64,000 nt of DNA from Kudoa neothunni (Eukaryota; Animalia; Cnidaria), in NCBI GenBank assembly GCA_964304625.1, contig OZ199838.1, positions 11,681,608 through 11,745,607 of the forward strand, read 5' to 3'. A program made the translations under genes and the position numbers. Below the pieces are notes generated by a model. It saw only the letters and a list, made by a program, of their open reading frames with translations. It was not told where the DNA came from and did no database searches. Each line of letters begins with the position of its first letter. Within the stretch, counting starts at the first letter, position 1. Shown here one piece after another: positions 62,738 to 64,000 of this stretch.

Positions 62738-64000
62738 CTAGTTTTTCTTTTTGAAAATCACGAATCCGATTGCACCTGCAATCATAAACTCCAATGACAG
62801 CAACCACTATAATTCTAAAATAATTTTATTTCAAAAGTAAATAATTTTTCTATCCATACATGACAAGAGTTTTAGAACTAAATAATAGATTAAATAATTA
62901 ATTTTTTAACAATTAAACAAACCTTGAGCTGCTCTTTGCACCTAATAATAACGATTAAAATATCACAAAGTAAATCGTGTTTTACCTTGTTCAATTACAG
63001 CCTCGCCATAAATCGAAGAATCCTTAGAGCTGTAAACAATCAAATGATAACTGTTACCATCTGCTATCCCGCTGATTGTAAATGATTTGCAAGTCGGGAG
63101 TGTTCTACATCCAGTATCATTTGACCTCATGCATCGTTTCACTATTGGCATCGATTTGACACTGGAATTGAGTAATTTCCATTTGCATTTTGACTTGTCA
63201 TCGAGACTAGAGGGAAGTGTATTTCAATATTGAATACCTCACCATCTCTTGTTATAGTTACAAATATTATTTTCTCCTTTTCTGTTGGGTTCCCTTTTGG
63301 AGCCGCTATATGATTATTTTAATATTTGTCTAAATATATTTTAGTTACTGGGTAATATAGTGATTTCTTTGGTAGAAGATTTTTTCACAGCTGTGACCAA
63401 CACTTTATATCCGTCCTTTGCATCATAATCATTGAATATAATCGAACTGCATAATGGAGGAGATGCACATGCGTTTGGATTTTGAGGAGCTGCTGTTGTT
63501 GTCGTTGTAGTAGTAGTAGTAGTAGATGCAGTTGTTACAGCTATATTTGTTTGAATTTCGCCAGTTCTTGCAATATTTGACCAAATAACTGTTGATTTAG
63601 GAGTAGAAATTTGGAAAGTGCTAGTTTCCTGTTGATTAGAGCTAGGTTCAGACACAACTGGTGTGTTTGGTGGAGTCTTAGGAGTTTCCGGGGCAGTTGA
63701 TGTTATCTCAGGTGCCTCACACGTATATACGTTATCGAACTTGTCATTATTCTTGACTTTGATTGTATAATGACAAATGGCTTCTGAACTTTTTTGGATA
63801 ACTGTGCATTCAACTCCAAACCTCTCTCAGTATATTTTTGTGAAATCGTCAATGTTGCCAAACCTATTTTTTAATTATGTATAATCATTTGAAAAATATA
63901 CTTGTGATGACATTTCCATAAACGTGCTCTTTATATTCTTTGTCAGCAACGACTTTAATATCATAGGAAGTGTTTGGTTCGAGATCAATGATGGTTATTG
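62738..64000 (-). CDS. Type I membrane protein, 3' part: FN3-like repeats, Pro/Thr-rich stalk, TM, very short basic tail; apparent homopolymer frameshifts
   Basis: ITIIDLEPNTSYDIKVVA (FN3 tyrosine-corner pattern); TTASTTTTTTTTTAAP; FTISGIADGNSYHLIVY; last exon IIVVAVIGVMIAGAIGFVIFKKKN* after removing one T. Indels at about 63790-63795 and 62786-62788. Confidence 0.65.

Overview
AT-rich eukaryotic nuclear DNA with many short (about 30-60 nt) GT-AG introns and highly diverged animal-type genes. By inference this is a fast-evolving metazoan parasite such as a myxozoan; the taxon cannot be proven from this window. Recognisable genes in order: CWC22 (3' end), a secreted five-domain Kunitz protein, SAMM50, ISCA2, an M13/neprilysin-family metallopeptidase, BAF, FANCM, the 3' half of MSH4, PEN-2, METTL1/Trm8, ERO1, cyclophilin H, a 79-aa single-TM protein, a CLIC-like GST-fold gene with an in-frame stop, a stand-alone PNKP-type DNA 3'-phosphatase, and the 3' part of an FN3/mucin-stalk type I membrane protein. 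Intergenic DNA and two large introns hold pogo/Tigger relics, hAT- and piggyBac-like MITEs, two tRNA-headed SINE-like segments and several decayed spliced 'ghost' genes. Main leads: (1) an NRF1/Ewg-like GCGCANGCG motif 4-16 nt upstream of several housekeeping start codons; (2) a multi-Kunitz protein with four of five domains lacking the binding-loop disulfide; (3) reduced DNA repair/meiosis genes (phosphatase-only PNKP, apparently short FANCM, 5'-less MSH4); (4) ERO1 ending in -SDEL; (5) an EMRE-like microprotein. At least nine single-base indels at short base runs break conserved genes and most likely reflect assembly error. Gene models were built by eye, so exon boundaries are approximate.
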